Shown here: one piece after another, positions 1 to 12,399 of the stretch
Numbering within the stretch: the stretch's first letter is position 1
How the letters are laid out: every line of letters begins with the position of its first letter
Assembly (NCBI RefSeq): GCF_031769215.1
Contig: NW_026782320.1
Coordinates: 62,001-126,000, forward strand
Length of the DNA stretch: 64,000 nt
Reading direction: 5' to 3'
Source: Ylistrum balloti
Lineage: Eukaryota
Program-made: the position numbers and the translations under genes
The notes under the pieces: model-generated
Told to the model about the DNA's origin: nothing
What the model saw: only the letters and a program-made list of their open reading frames with translations
Database searches by the model: none

Positions 1-62
1 AGTTAAATACCACGCCGGCTAGCTATACATGTATGTAGATACGATAACATACATATATTTAT

Positions 63-125
63 AAACCGAAAGTAAATCACTGCGCATGTAAGTTGATCAA
101 ACCGAAAGTACAACACTACGCATGT
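63..125. repeat. Short tandem duplication (36-bp period) of AAACCGAAAGTA...CGCATGT
   Basis: AAACCGAAAGTA at 63-74 and 99-110, each followed by CACT(G/A)CGCATGT. Confidence 0.6.
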
Positions 126-198
126 GCATTGATTACACTTCCTGTTCTGGTGCTATCTGTTGTAATTTTCCCCGTCCCGTTGCAAGGAGGTCTCTATA

Positions 199-227
199 GG
201 CCTTTCCGATAACTATGTTATCTCCCC
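199..227 (+). repeat. Left TIR of element 1
   Basis: GGCCTTTCCGATAACTATGTTATCTCCCC versus reverse complement of 5633-5661, GCCCTTTCCGATAACTAGGTTATCTCCCC. Confidence 0.9.
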
Positions 228-278
228 CTGTTTTTCTTACTTTTGCCGCGAGGCGGCGCTAGAATTAGTTTACATGTT

Positions 279-295
279 CTACTTCCGGGGGCTAT
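279..295 (+). promoter_or_regulatory. Subterminal inverted motif with ETS-type core (ACTTCCGG), left copy
   Basis: CTACTTCCGGGGGCTAT, perfect inverted copy at 5588-5604; lies 36 nt upstream of the ATG at 332. Confidence 0.55.
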
Positions 296-331
296 GGCTT
301 CAGTGACAACGAGTGATAAAAAAACGTAACG

Positions 332-2542
332 ATGCCTCCCAAGACGAAGAAATATTGTTGTATATGTAGCAACTACAGAGGAAAAGAGGTTGATTCTAAG
401 CGTATATCACTGCACAGATTTCCAGCAATCGAAAGAGTGAAAAAAGTTTGGTTGCAACGATGCAAACTTGTGATGAAAACATTTAAGTATACCAGGAATA
501 GTTTGTTGTGTTCAGACCATTTTGCCGACAGGGAAGGACCTTCGCCTATCAACCCGATTCCATCATGTTTTGGAAGTAAATCATTCAGAACTTCGGTAAG
601 CTTTTTCTTAAACATATAAAAAAATATAACGCCAAATTGTTTTCATGATTATGTTGCTCGGTCGCGATAACCCATTGTGTTTCATACAAGAAATTTTACG
701 TAGCGCATTCATGTACATGTTATAACAATAAATAAAAACCTCATCGACACTCAAGACAACAGGTAACCCAAATTTACAGGTCATTATACAGAGATTAATT
801 ATTTTGTATCCTGCTATGTACACAATTTTATAAATAGCTGTAATAACGGGATATGATCTTAGGTGGTAAATATTCATGAATAGTGTTACCTCTAACAGCC
901 AATTACTTACAAAACGTGACATCAAAGATGTTTTCATCGAATATAGACTAGCAGATACTACTACAGTATACAAGTAACCCTGACACCATTTGAAAATGAA
1001 ATGTTATAATGAATATAATATGTATGAGAATATGTATAAAAAAGTATTAAGTGCAAGATGAAAAGTTTCAATATATCTGATTAGCACTGTGTATTTGTAA
1101 ATCTTGGCATATGTAGATGTGTGATCTTAATTTAGAAAAAAAAATATGCTTTAGGTAATTTATTTATAGAATAAATATACAGTGTTTATATATTCAGTTC
1201 ATGAAATTGGTGTGAATAGATTTGTAAATTAAAATTAATTCTGTATTTTTTTTTCTTACAGAAACTTGATGAAAACCAAAATGATATAGAAAATGAGGTT
1301 CCAGAGGTTCTTGAACAAGAAATTGAATGCAACATCAGTTTAAACAGTGATGATTCTTTGAGCAGTGCACAGGGGTTTGTTACATCAGAGTCGGTATTAG
1401 ATACATCCCTGCGAATCCATGACTACTTGGGACATTCGGATGTGGAAAGTTACTCATCAATAAGAAATCAGTATGTTCAGACAATGCCATCGAATAGAAC
1501 AATTGGAACTCAAACAGAAGGTGACTCATTCGTTCGTCGTTTTGTAGATGCTGACTGTCAGACCAATGATGAAACTGTTTGTGTTGATGCTAGTGCACAG
1601 GTATCCCTCCCCATACTGACATATGATGACATCAAATCAGATGGACAGAAACTTATGTTTTATACCGGCATTCCAGATGCAGACACGTTTGATGCTTTAT
1701 TTGATGAGCTAAGAGATGATGCTGAAGAAAGAACATCTCGAAGTGTTAACGGCAATGGAACTGGTGGCCGTCCACGCATCTTACGTGCCATTGATGAGTT
1801 TTTTATGGTGCTAATGCGTTTAAGATTGGGTCTCTTGTTAGAGGACTTAGCATTTAGATTTTGCATTTCAACCAGCACATGTGGGGACATTTTCAACAGG
1901 TGGATTGACTTTTTAGACAGTCAGTTATCCTTTCTTGTCATGTGGCCTAGTAGAGAAGCTATAGATAGTAATATGCCTGAAATTTTTAAAGAAAAATTTC
2001 CAACAACAAGAGTGGTTATTGATGCAACAGAGATACAGACAGAAACACCTTCATCATTACAGTTAAAATCTCTTATGTACAGTGACTACAAATCCCACAT
2101 GACCTGGAAATCTCTGGTAGGAATAAGCCCAGCTGGAGTTGTGACATATGTTTCAGATCTTTGGTGTGGAAGCATTAGTGACAAACAGATCACCATAGAA
2201 AGTGGTTTAGTTGAAATGTGTGAAGCAGGTGATGCAATAATGGCTGATAAGGGCTTTACTATTTCTGATTTGACTACACCAAGAGGAGTAAAGCTGATCA
2301 TTCCACCCTTCAAGAGAAAGAAAACACAATTTTCAAAGAATGATGTTAAAAAAACAAAAGACATTGCTAATGCACGTATCCATGTGGAGCGGCAAATGGA
2401 GAGAATAAAGAATTTCCGAATTGTACAGGGTGTCATGCCAATCACTATGGCTAATCGTGCGTCAAAAGTTTGGCGACTTTGTGCAAGACTTACAAACTTA
2501 CAACCTCCCTTGGTTCCAGAAAATAGATTTAAACGAAAGTAG
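332..2542 (+). CDS. THAP-domain DDE transposase (DDE_Tnp_4 type), 2 exons (332-595, 1262-2542), about 514 aa, apparently intact
   Basis: THAP C2CH (CCICSN...LHRFP...W...LLCSDHF); phase-0 GTAAG donor at 596 and polyT-CAG acceptor at 1261 join in frame with the 1358 ORF; catalytic motifs VVIDATE, MADKGF, HVERQMERIK. Confidence 0.9.
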
Positions 2543-3308
2543 ATACCAATCAGTTATTTATGTTCTGTCTGACTGCCTCTTGTTGTTCCAACATTTTACT
2601 TGTTTAAATGTATATGATTGTTACATTGTGACATAATAAATTCTAAAACTTAAGATTCAATCACAACAGGCGAAGGAGCTATTGGTAGTTCTTGTAGTTT
2701 ATTTGATGTGTCGAAATTTTTACATATCAATAAAATATATGGGCATAATAATGATTAAGAGAATGCAAACTTTGCTATGTAAATAATAAATTTGGTTTAA
2801 TTTGAAAATTTGGAGTTGTGTTCTGTATCAGAAGCTGAATTATATTAACACATTTGAGTCATAAATAATTCTAAAATAACATTTCCAAGTTTTGAAGGTT
2901 GGTAATTCAAAATCTCTGTGCTGAGGAAATAAAATCTAAAAATAAATCAACATATACACACAATACAAAATATTTATTATGGAGTTGCTGGTACACAATA
3001 AAATATCAGTTCTAACAATCTACTGTTTATTTGAAGATAATTTGAATAATTATATTAAACATCATTTTGTAGTTCAATAACACAATTATATATTATAATT
3101 ACTTAAGTTGAAATATGCTAATGAAAACATACTAATATTTAAGTGTCTGAACAAGAATTGAAAACTTGAGTGAATATTTCAATTCGATACATCTTGTGTG
3201 TATTATATATACACTTATTAGAGCAGCACTTGATAGAAATTATAGTACAAAACCCTCAATGTAATGTTTCATACAAAGTATATATGAGAAGTACTTTGAT
3301 TGGCACAG

Positions 3309-5570
3309 TTATGGAAATAACTTAAGTCCTCTTGAAACACGTCCACTGAACAGTTCAGGAAGAAATGAGTCCACATAAAATGTGCTCAATTTACTCAGCA
3401 TGTCAACCCACAGTTCCTGGTCAAACCATACCCTCTGAATTGATGCTGTCCCTCTTAATGTCCATACTACAAAGTCACACCACTTTCTCCCTGTGATTGC
3501 CATCTGCCCCTGCACCTGGAAGTAATAATTGTGATTTGTTTTAAGTTTGACTTTTCCTTTATCATTGAGGTAACAGAAAAAATTTGAAACTTTTGCACAT
3601 TCCTGGGGTGTTGACATTCTCCACTGCATTGATGCTGGACACTTGATTTCTAATAGTCCATGACCAACAGGTTTGCACTCTGAACATGTGCAGTAGACCA
3701 GTCCATCAGGGCTTGCTCCTAAGTGCGGGAATTTCTTATCCACTATCAAGCCACACTGTTTAACAGTAAGTCAAGGATGAGATTTTTTCATCTGACGGAT
3801 ATATGTCTTTCTGGCAGCAGCCTCATGTTTCTGACCATACTCCACAAACTTATTGGAAAAAGTCCGATAACCACATATGTCTTTTAAAAGAGCATCTGGC
3901 TCGCTCATATGTTTGCGCTTGATCACCTTGCCAAAATAAGATGAGGTTATTCTTTCCTTTCGGGCAGACTGCCAGCATTCACTCTTGGACTGTTCACGTG
4001 TCAAGTGTTCTATTGTAACAGATTCGCTTTCACTTATTTTGAGTTTTTCAAAATATGACACAAAACGTGATTTACAATGATCACTTTTCAAATCTGTGTG
4101 ATTGGAGAATTGGAACTTAATGTTGTGAAGAAGAGGTAATGGCATTGTAATCTCTTTGACTGTGCCTGTGTCTTTCACAAAATTAGTCAACCAACCTGCC
4201 TTGGATTTGTTACTGATAAGTTTATCACGGAAACGTTCCACATTTACTGTTGACTTCTGTATATCAAACACTTTGATGCATTTATTTGCTGGTGCTTCGC
4301 GGTCAAATGTGTGTTTTCTAAACAATACATTCTCTGCTTTCTTTGGGCTTAATTTCCTTTTTCTTGGATTATTCCATTTGCACTTCTGCGATGTTGGGGC
4401 AAGTTTCCCATTAATTTTCTTCTCCGTAACATCAGCAATGGCATAAAGTAGGGCAGCTATATGATTGCAGGCCTCCCCTTCACTGAAAGAAATTAAAATA
4501 TGCATGTACTGATTGATTTAAATTAAAGATTACTTTTCTTCAGTTTTTTTTTAATATATTATATTTGAAATTTGAAAGCTTATTGAATTTCAAAACTATT
4601 TAGTTGTCAATCATAATGACTATATTTAACTTATTTTACATAAACATTTATATTTACACTTATGTTTATATCATTATTAATTTACTTAAATAATAATATT
4701 TATGTTCAGAAACACTTATAATCATCCCACAGGGGATTGTTATGTCTGAAATACAAATGCACTACTGATATGTCCCAATATACATAGACAAGTCAGATTT
4801 GCATTAATTCAAACCCCTTTGCATTTATAAAGAGAAACTGATATAATGACAAAAAAAGCCAGTAATAAATTTATATACAAGAAGTTCTTAGTAACCACTA
4901 TGAAAAGTTCATTTTATATAATCATACAACATTTATACAATTACTGTTTTAATAAATAAAAGTAATTTTATACTAATTTACATAAATATGCTTACCCTGC
5001 AGTACAATTGCATTCTGCTGAATTAATACACCCAGACACTTTCGACATCATGACCCACACATCATAGTCAGGTGTGTTTTTCTTATTGGCTGATGGCAAC
5101 GATGGCAAAACTTTGCATTTCACATAGCAATGACTAGAGTTCTCGTCAATCTCACAGATCTGAACGGAATGTACATGTCCATCTTCATAAAATACTCGAG
5201 ATTTAAGTTGCTTTTTACAATTCATTTTCAAAACGATATAATTGTAAATATCTTTCTGATAAAAGTCTGGTACACTTGACAAATCATCACTCCAAAGTTT
5301 TAATCCAGTGGGGTGAACAAGAACTTCTCCCAGCGGCGTCGTAAGTTTATTTACTTTTCTTTCAAATAACTCGATGTCGTCTTCGGCCTTGGTCACATTG
5401 ATATCAACTAATCCCAGTCGATTCGCACCTTTCACACGTTCTATCAGTTGTCTTTTGTTCCCCGAGACAGTTTGTCCACGATTACTCAGGTAGCCCTTTA
5501 ATTCTACGATGGTAAACCTCTCCAGGCTATCGTTGTTTACACACGCTTCATTAATCCCTTTGTCCGCCAT
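3309..5570 (-). pseudogene. SAP-like/SWIM/YqaJ (lambda-exonuclease-like) accessory gene of element 1; exons 5570-4996 and 4482-3309; one premature stop
   Basis: FTIVELKGYLSNRGQTVSGNKRQLIERV (SAP-like); splicing rebuilds CNCTAGEGEACNH (SWIM); RITSS, GASPDG, EIKCP, YYFQVQGQM (YqaJ); in-frame TGA at 3771-3773 is the only visible lesion. Confidence 0.88.
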
Positions 5571-5587
5571 TATTGATTCTGGTGATA

Positions 5588-5604
5588 ATAGCCCCCGGAA
5601 GTAG
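5588..5604 (-). promoter_or_regulatory. Subterminal inverted motif with ETS-type core, right copy
   Basis: ATAGCCCCCGGAAGTAG; 17 nt upstream of the minus-strand ATG at 5570. Confidence 0.55.
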
Positions 5605-5632
5605 ATAGTGTCGGCAGCGCGTCGTATAGTAA

Positions 5633-5661
5633 GGGGAGATAACCTAGTTATCGGAAAGGGC
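5633..5661 (-). repeat. Right TIR of element 1
   Basis: Inverted match to 199-227, followed by TA. Confidence 0.9.
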
Positions 5662-5663
5662 TA

Positions 5664-6050
5664 TTTAATGGTATGTTTCTGTGAGGGACTTGATTATTGA
5701 CAAGGTTAGCAACTCCACCGGTTGCTTTGTTGCCTACAGGACCAAAGCAATTAGACATTACACTGGAATTGTGTTCCTGAGACAGTCGAACAATATCATC
5801 AATATCGGAACGAAGACCTCTACAATTCCATTTTATTATTGTATCCATTATCATTAATAAAAATAGAGATAAGTGGGGGACCTTTGATAATTAGCTATAC
5901 TATTTATTTAACTAAAGGTTGTTTGACAGCTTTAATTGAGATGTTGGAGGATCTGGAAGTAGCTACCTGATATTCCACATCTTCCAGAGAACCGAATTTG
6001 TTGAAAGTGTGAATTGGTATGAAATAGAACTCCTGTGTTTCCTGCTTATA
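5664..6050 (-). mobile_element. Degenerate non-LTR retrotransposon: ORF1 end and start of ORF2 AP endonuclease (I-clade-like)
   Basis: IIKWNCRGLRS is an APE N-terminal motif; GGVANLVNNQVPH; upstream NKFGSLED resembles an ORF1 C-terminus. Confidence 0.65.
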
Positions 6051-6763
6051 TCCTATTAAGCCACGCCCATTAATAGCATTTGTATACAGTATACACCATG
6101 TAGCCAGACTACACATTATGTAATTAAAATTACTCTGATGATGTAACGGCTTGTCTTTTGTAATGTGTCTGTCGACCAGCTGGTTAACAAACAAGGCACA
6201 ATACTATTAAAATTCATCGTTAATCCATTAAAACCAAATTAACAAAATATCTATCCATCTAGAGATACTTTGGTGAAGATTGTTTCTTAATTGTAAATAT
6301 TGTTTAGGAAATATTTGTATGTGGTATTCTCCCACACTTCACCCCAGTTTGTCATATCCATGAAGGACAAACATAATTTTGTTTCAGCAACTATCTTGTA
6401 TTACACTAGATATCCTCCATGTGCTTGCAATAACGGACAAAATTGCAGAAAATCTAAGGGATATATGTATAAATAAATTAATTACAGCCTAATTAGCAAT
6501 ATTCCTATATACGGTTATAAGGGGACATGAATCTGCCCATTGTTATTATCTGTATTTCCTCCAAATATGAAGATTTACAAAGACAACTATATAAACATCA
6601 ATACATTACATAAATTTACACACGTACACACCAACACGCACATACATATATATAAAGTTACAATATGTTTTGATGGTTAATTAGAAGTATTTCACTAAAC
6701 TATTCCTTCAACACATTTTCAAGATATAGTGTTTTGGTACTTATATGTACCAGAAAAATCAGA

Positions 6764-7300
6764 TCACTGATAATAGTTTTTCAACATTTGACATGCATAT
6801 GAGATAGCGCCTAATCTGAATTGTTCCGTTTTCTCTGAAGATAAATCATACTTTAATAGACTGCCTAACAGAGCATTAGTTAATTCGAAATCCGATAAGT
6901 TATGTATATGGACACTGAATTGAATATCTGACATGTTAATAACATAGCACCATAATTCGTCTCTAATACCTGCATTTGCATCACAATGTAGAACAATATG
7001 AGTTACAGAATCATTGTAAAATTGTCCACAAACATGGCACAATTCCATATTGGTAGATCTGCGAGAGGTTCAACGCCATCTTAAAATACAATGTATAGAT
7101 CTAGAGTACTGAGGATATTTTGCAGCAAGTTTCCACAAGCAATGTGAATCTAGCTTGTTATGAATCGACGCGAACCGGAAGAAGTCACTGTCATTTGACA
7201 TTCTTTGTTTCAATTCATTTTCTTCAAATATATATACATACTTATTTACCAATGTTTTCCACTGTCGTTTACCAGGTAACGAGCCCGTTCTTATTAAATC
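6764..7300 (-). mobile_element. 3' end of a LINE ORF2 with C-terminal CCHC zinc-binding motif
   Basis: WKTLVNKYVY...FFRFASIH...HCLW, then CHVCGQFYNDSVTHIVLHC...RDELW; the ORF track fuses this to the BEL integrase. Confidence 0.6.
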
Positions 7301-7309
7301 TGAAAAAAA

Positions 7310-9459
7310 TACCAACGACGCAAGAACATTCCTGACCGAACGGATCTGTCTCTCCCATACACCACCCATGTGGCTAGCGGAGGGTACATTCATCTTGAAG
7401 CCAATGTAATCGCAACCCTTGTCGGAGAGGTACCGCTGAAGCGCCTGATCATCAAATTCCTGAAGAGCTTCTTTGAGCTTGCGCTCAGCACCCACAAAAT
7501 TTGTTCCTCTGTCCGATCTCAATTGTCTTACTGGACCACGAACAGAGAGAAATCTTCTTAGTGCATTAATGAACGAGCTGGTATCCAGAGAGTTTGCCGT
7601 TTCCGGATGGATGGCACGACTCGACATGCACGTAAATAGAACACCGTACCTCTTCAACACCTTTCGGCCTTCCTTAATGTAAAAGGGACCAAAGAGATCC
7701 ATTCCACTAAACATCAATGGAGGTTCAGTCTGCAGTCTCTCTGCAGGCAAGTCAGCCATCTTCTGACCCTGAGAGCAGCCTCACAGCTTGCGACATGTTA
7801 CGCATTTGTAGATACAACTCGACACAGCAGAGCTGCATCCGATAATCCAGAAGCCATTGGCTCTAATTTCATTTGTGGTCATACCACGTCCTTGGTGCCT
7901 CACAATCTGGTGAAAATGACGAATCACAAGCTCAGTGATATGAGCTTTCCTGGGGAGGATGACAGGATGCTTCATTTCAGTACTAAATTCAACCTGTCGA
8001 ATACGTCCACCGACTCGCAGAATTCCTTTTTTCGTCGAGGAACGGATCCAAACCACACAGAGACGATGCACCTTTGAAACGACATTTCCGTTTCTGATCG
8101 CAGATATCTGAAGACATCTCAGAGGCACGAAGAAGCTCGATATCCTCCTCATACGATATTCAATCGGCTCACCACGGCTGTCTCCATTTTCCCACCACAA
8201 GAATCGGAGATAGTTTCTGTGTTCAACGTTTACCTTGAACTGGTGGAACATTTGTTCGATGTCGCACATAAACGCAATCGGCTCTTTATGGAAACGACAC
8301 AGGACACCAATAAGAGTTTTGGTAAGATCTGGTCCCTGTAAAAGGTGAGAATTTAAGGATTCCCTCTTGAAGTTAGCACTGCAGTCAAAGACTACCCAAA
8401 TTTTATTCGGTTTCTGGGGGTAATAAACACCATGATGAGGAATATACCATTCATGCCTGTCTTCCGCTTCTGGGACTCTTTCTGCAAAGCCCTTTCCTAT
8501 TAGCTCTGCCATGAAAGAAGTATATTGCTCCTGGTATTTGTTGTTAGAATCCAAGCGTTTCTTCAGCTGTTGAAGTCGACTTAGTGCCGATGTCTTGTTG
8601 TTCGGAAGGCACGGCATGCCTTCTCTAAACGGTAATGGCATCTCATAATGTCCGTTGTCGATGTGAATTCCGTCCCTCAGCAGGTTGAGGAATTGACAAT
8701 CCTCATGCGAATAAGTTGCGTTGGTATCACAGGGTTCGTTGAAATCCTGTTTTAGAATCAACACGAGTTCTTCGGGATTAATAATCTCCTTGATACTACA
8801 CCTAAAGGAGAATACTACATGGTCAGGAACCTTTTCGCTATCACCCGATAATAGAGCAGGTGGCACCGTACACGTAATACTATGATGACTCGTGCCAACA
8901 GGATCAACGTCTTCTAAGCTAGCCCCATCAACAGTACCCACAATGCCCAATCCAAGGTCAGTCCTCTGAGCATAGGGTCCACTGTCGCAATTACCTCACG
9001 CGGAACCAATGCACGCGCACAATTACATCCAATGAGCAGTCCGACTTCGCAATCGTTTAACGGCATTAGCTCATCCGCAATAGGAACCAAGTAAGACCAT
9101 TGTCTGGCCACGTGTGTAGTAATGTGAGCTCGGTTGGCCGGCATGATGCTTCGTGTGAAAGTATCAGGGAGTGGTATGCTCAGAGAACTGTTAAATCCAC
9201 AGACGGCGAGGCCCTTTACCTTTCGACTGTCCACTACTCGATTTTCTGCATACATGGTAGAAAGTAGAAGTTTGACATCCACACACGAAATTCCAACAGA
9301 TCTACACGTATCCTCCAGAATAAACGTAGTATCTGACTGCGTATCCAACAAGGCATAAACCAATTTCTCCCTTCCGGGGTTGTCACAATGAGAAATATAC
9401 ACTGGTACAACCATTGAACTCTTACAACTTGTACATGTACTGTTGAATGCAGAGTGCAC
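7310..9459 (-). pseudogene. BEL pol (PR, partial RT, integrase) with frameshifts and a large RT/RNase H deletion near 8150
   Basis: RT stops at PIEYRM; no YVDD motif; integrase core truncated after SVRNVL. Confidence 0.8.
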
Positions 9460-9546
9460 ATGGGAATTAGTAGACGCAGGAGCCTTAACGCCATCAAGGT
9501 TCGTATTATTTATAACATTATTATTTTTGCCATTAGGCTTTGACCT

Positions 9547-10693
9547 TCACAGATCGCCATGTAAGGAACTGGGATGGGGTTTGGCGCATGTTTTACATTG
9601 TTTCCGCTGAGTACATTTCTTTGATATGGGTCCTGTCCCAAGGCATCCAAAACAAAGACCATTCTCCCTTGCATATTCCTTACGTTTATCCAATGGTTTG
9701 GATAGGAATTGTTTACAACAATTCAGATCGTGGTTATTCTTACACAAAGTTCCACAGGATTTAGCTTCCTTCGGCGAAGCCTCTGTCATCAGCGTTCGTC
9801 CTGTTGTAGGTCTTGTGACCTTAGCAGATTTTGAATCATCCCCATGATCTGTACGGAAAGACTGCAGTGAGGTGACTGGATCGCATGCAATCTTCGCCTC
9901 CTTCTGAACGAATGCTACAAAGTCCTTAAAGGGAGGAAAGTCATTCCCGTCTTCCTTTGTTTGGTTTACGATTCTTCCCCATCTGGTGACAATCCAGTCT
10001 GGGAGTTTGGATAGCATCTTCTTGTTCTCTCTACTGTCATTGAGAACGTCCAGTCTACCTATGCTCTGCGATGCCGCGAGGCATTGTCCGAGGAAGTCTG
10101 AAAACTTTCGCATTAGCTACAACAAAGGGGTTGTCGTATCGCTCGTCGAGCAAGTTCTTGGCATCCATATAAGCGTCATTGCTTGACAACAAAAAGTAAT
10201 TCTCAACCACTTCCTTCACAGAACCACCGAGATATTTCTTGAGGTAGTGTATTCTTTCGGATGACGGTATCTTCCTCTCTTCCATTAGAGTTTGGAAAGC
10301 GGCCTTCCAACCAGGATATTGCAGAGGATCTCCGAAAAATACACTCGGTTCTGGAGGCGGAAGACGACTTAATGTAACCTGCTCTGCATGATATTTCGCA
10401 AGTGCCATCAGCCCTTGTTTCGTAATTCCAACATTTGGCAAGGGCAGGTTCGTGGCAGATCCCTGATCAGCTGCGTTGCTAGACGCGTTGTGGTTGGTCG
10501 ACATATCTGTACGCAAATACTGAGATTCTAGCATCCACGTGGTTTGTGTCCGAGCGCTATTATATGCAGTAGGGAACGAAAGTGCGCCTTTTGGCGCAAA
10601 TTCCTTGGGAAATGGGTTTAACGTACTGGCTACATCTTTAGGTAATGACATACCTACATTTAAGTTAACACTAGGGAACAACCCACTAACCAT
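9547..10693 (-). pseudogene. BEL gag (frameshifted near 10100)
   Basis: ORFs 10055-10693 and 9547-10113; CFGCLGTGPISKKC, CKTCAKPHPSSLH. Confidence 0.8.
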
Positions 10694-10869
10694 ATTGACA
10701 GTACTAGTAACAGCAGATGTTACGGGTTCCGAAATAATTTATCTCAGAACAAAAGAATCTTACCTTGATATCCATATTGTTGTCCAATAAAGCTGGAAAG
10801 GGAACAAAAATGATTGATTAAATACATGAAATTAACAACAAAATCTTGACTCTTGACTTACAAAGACAA

Positions 10870-11050
10870 ATTACAATTAAACTTACAAGACAAAAGATAG
10901 ATATCAAATATATTCAAAGGAAAATGAATGACAATTAAAATTACAAGAGAAAAGATCTATATCCAATATAATCAAAGGAAATTAATTGCAAAGACATTTT
11001 ACAATTGAAATTACAAGAGAAAAGATAAATATCAAATATAATCGAAGGAA
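10870..11050. repeat. Three imperfect tandem copies of a roughly 60-70 bp unit
   Basis: ACAATT(A/G)AA(A/C)TTACAAGA(C/G)AAAAGAT...TATC.AATATA.TC.AAGGAAA x3. Confidence 0.7.
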
Positions 11051-12399
11051 AATAAAAATAAGGCAATCAATATCCAACCGATGTCTGGGGACTTCTTATA
11101 CACTAGTACCAGTAAAAAGATGTAATATGATCAAGGCTGAGTAATTCACTAATTAACAGGCAAGACTCGCCACTCTGGCCTGAAGGTGTGAAAGCAGCAA
11201 TTTACCTGGGCGGTTTTGAAAACACCTGGACTCAAGGTGTCATTAAGACAGCTAATTGAGCACAGGTTTCCAGCTCGCCTGATATTAGCGAACACACCTC
11301 ACCGCTATAGCCGGAAGGTGTCACAAACCCATCTGTTTAACCTGATCAGTGGAGGAGACAGCGTAACTATTGAACTGCAGAAAATAGTAAGAACAGCAAC
11401 ATTTCATTTGGACAGTACTACATTCAATCCTCCTGAACTAAAAGTAAAATGGTCGTTTCCAAATAACTTTTTACATAGTGAATGTTTTGACGTACAGCTG
11501 ATGAGTTCTAAAGATGACGAGATCACCGATATAAATCTTCAACGCACAAGAATTTCGTTCCTCCAAGCAAGAAAAATACAAAAATCCCTTGCAATGGATG
11601 AGCCATTGGCTTTCTATTTTTCACTCTGCGATGGAACATTATTTGTTAATTTGGGGGAAAAAAGTGAAGGACCATTATCAAAAAAGACAACATTAAGATT
11701 ATGTATTTTTATGTAATGCGATAAAATAATTTTAATATTGATGCCAGGCTTACCTGTTACCATTCAACACGATCCCTTGAAGGTGTGAATAATCAGTGCT
11801 TACCTGAGCAGTTGTCACCTGTCGACACTAGTCAGTACAGGTGTAAGAATTGTTTTGACAACGGCCCGGGTAAGTCCACACCTTCAGGGGAGTGCGGCCA
11901 GTCGTGACTTCATAGGTAGGTTTTACCTGAATGCCGAAGGTGACGGTTATGGATGAAGCTGTTGAATGGGAATACTATTAAAATTAAAATTATTTTGTTT
12001 CATTACCATTTATGCATTTAATGTGTAAATTGGGATATTATCTTCTATAATAATAAAAAACTTATTGAGAATATAAAACATGTTTAGCCAACGGCTAATC
12101 TTCCACACGGTCCTCTGGTTAGTTAAGATCTACTAAGTTACATACATGAATCAAGTTTAAACTACAAACTTCATATTAAATAACAATAGGATTTAAACTA
12201 AAAAAAAAAAAAAATAAAAATCACAGACACTAATTAAATTTATCACAGAATGCACAATTACTCATGCAAACCTATTTTGATCAATTAAATGGCTGGTGCC
12301 TAATGTACATACATGCTAATATAACAGATAAAAATTGACATAGTTAGGCGCTAATATAACATAGTCTAAAATTTAGGTCAATATTGTGGTAAAAAAGTT

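Larger units (their letters stand above)
199..5661 (+). mobile_element. Complete ISL2EU/IS4EU-type (PIF/Harbinger-related) DNA transposon, element 1
   Basis: 29-bp TIRs at 199-227 and 5633-5661 (2 mismatches), flanked by TA at 197-198 and 5662-5663; convergent THAP-DDE transposase and SWIM-YqaJ genes, the known ISL2EU/IS4EU layout. Confidence 0.9.
7310..10800 (-). mobile_element. BEL/Pao LTR retrotransposon, internally deleted and truncated; no LTR pair found
   Basis: Gag (PEPSVFFGDPLQY, Cys/His knuckles), protease YALLDTQSDTTF, RT start WYIPHHGVY...VVFDCSA...GPDL...DIEQMFHQ, then jump to LDPF..GILRVGGR, integrase GMDLFGP...RSDRGTNF...GGVWERQIRSVR. Confidence 0.9.

Noticed and set aside
11216-11716. 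166-aa plus-strand ORF
   Set aside because: Non-ATG start, no recognisable motif, antisense to the BEL leader region.
11100-11960. BEL 5' LTR and PBS
   Set aside because: No second LTR copy and no convincing CA + TGG junction on the minus strand.
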